From NCBI GenBank assembly GCA_965112155.1, contig OZ218098.1: a stretch of 64,000 nt of DNA; one strand, written 5' to 3'. Every line of letters begins with the position of its first letter. Positions within the stretch are counted from its first letter, which is position 1. Shown here in pieces: positions 63,368 to 64,000 of the stretch. The notes below the pieces were generated by a model that was given only the letters and a program-made list of their open reading frames with translations, did not search any database and was not told the origin of the DNA. Made by a program: the position numbers and the translations under genes. Origin of the DNA: Podarcis liolepis (taxonomy: Eukaryota).

Positions 63368-64000
63368 CATGTTACACAACTCAAGAGTAATCGTCAGGCC
63401 AATGAGGTGGACTGAGGCAGCTGCTTCAGACAGCAGAATCCCCTGGAACAGTGTCCTACCTGCCCCTGCTGGCTTCTGAGAAGATCTCTCCAGAAGCCAC
63501 CGCATGACCCCAGTAAGCAAGGCTGCAGCGGAAGGGGGAGCGGCACATTCCCATTTTGCCTCAGGTGGTGAAATGGAAAGGGCTGCCCCTGGAAAGGCAA
63601 CGTACTAGTCGGTCCCCCAACCTAACATTACAACCCATTTTCCAAAGCACACAGTACAACTGGAGAAATTTCCCCCAGCAAAAATGCACCCCAGCAGAAG
63701 CCCGTGGAAGAAGAATGCACACTACCCATCGACTTGCCAAAGTCTCCCATCAAACACGTAACTTTTTCAAAATAAGCCATCACTTATCCTTTCTACCCAA
63801 AATATTATACCTCTCCTACTACCAAGTTTCAAATCAATCCTATAAGTATAAGCTGCAGAATCTGCTCCCCTCAGATAACTCATTAGAACAGCTGGGTGGA
63901 ATTCAGATGACTCACCTTTGAACATGGAGCTGCAGTGGCCTTAGAATGAATGTAACTAGTTCCTAACAGGCCCAAGAACAGCAATGTTGCTTTCAGAGTG

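Overview
This is eukaryotic (vertebrate) genomic DNA from a squamate reptile, probably a lacertid-type lizard judging by its Sauria SINEs, L2/CR1 LINE fragments and hAT/Tc1 MITEs. The whole window lies inside one + strand gene, otogelin (OTOG). I traced 36 consecutive coding exons (863-62574), all with GT-AG boundaries and matching phases. They splice to 8,003 nt (about 2,667 codons) of uninterrupted frame: end of VWD1-C8-TIL, VWD2-C8-TIL-TIL, VWD3-C8, an AbfB-like domain, TIL, a single 3,194-nt Pro/Thr/Ser (mucin-like) exon, then VWD4-C8-TIL. The gene's start and end are outside the window. Introns hold many TE relics, several with visible target-site duplications (TSDs). I found no evidence of a wholly new gene system. 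The most unusual feature is a 162-bp direct duplication (4309-4470 / 5005-5166) that copies half an OTOG exon plus its splice donor and flanks a 534-bp structured, LTR-terminus-like insert. Also notable are the very long non-repetitive mucin exon, an exon bracketed by two palindromic MITEs, and some splice-site oddities. Comparisons to human OTOG and TE family names come from recall, not from a database search.
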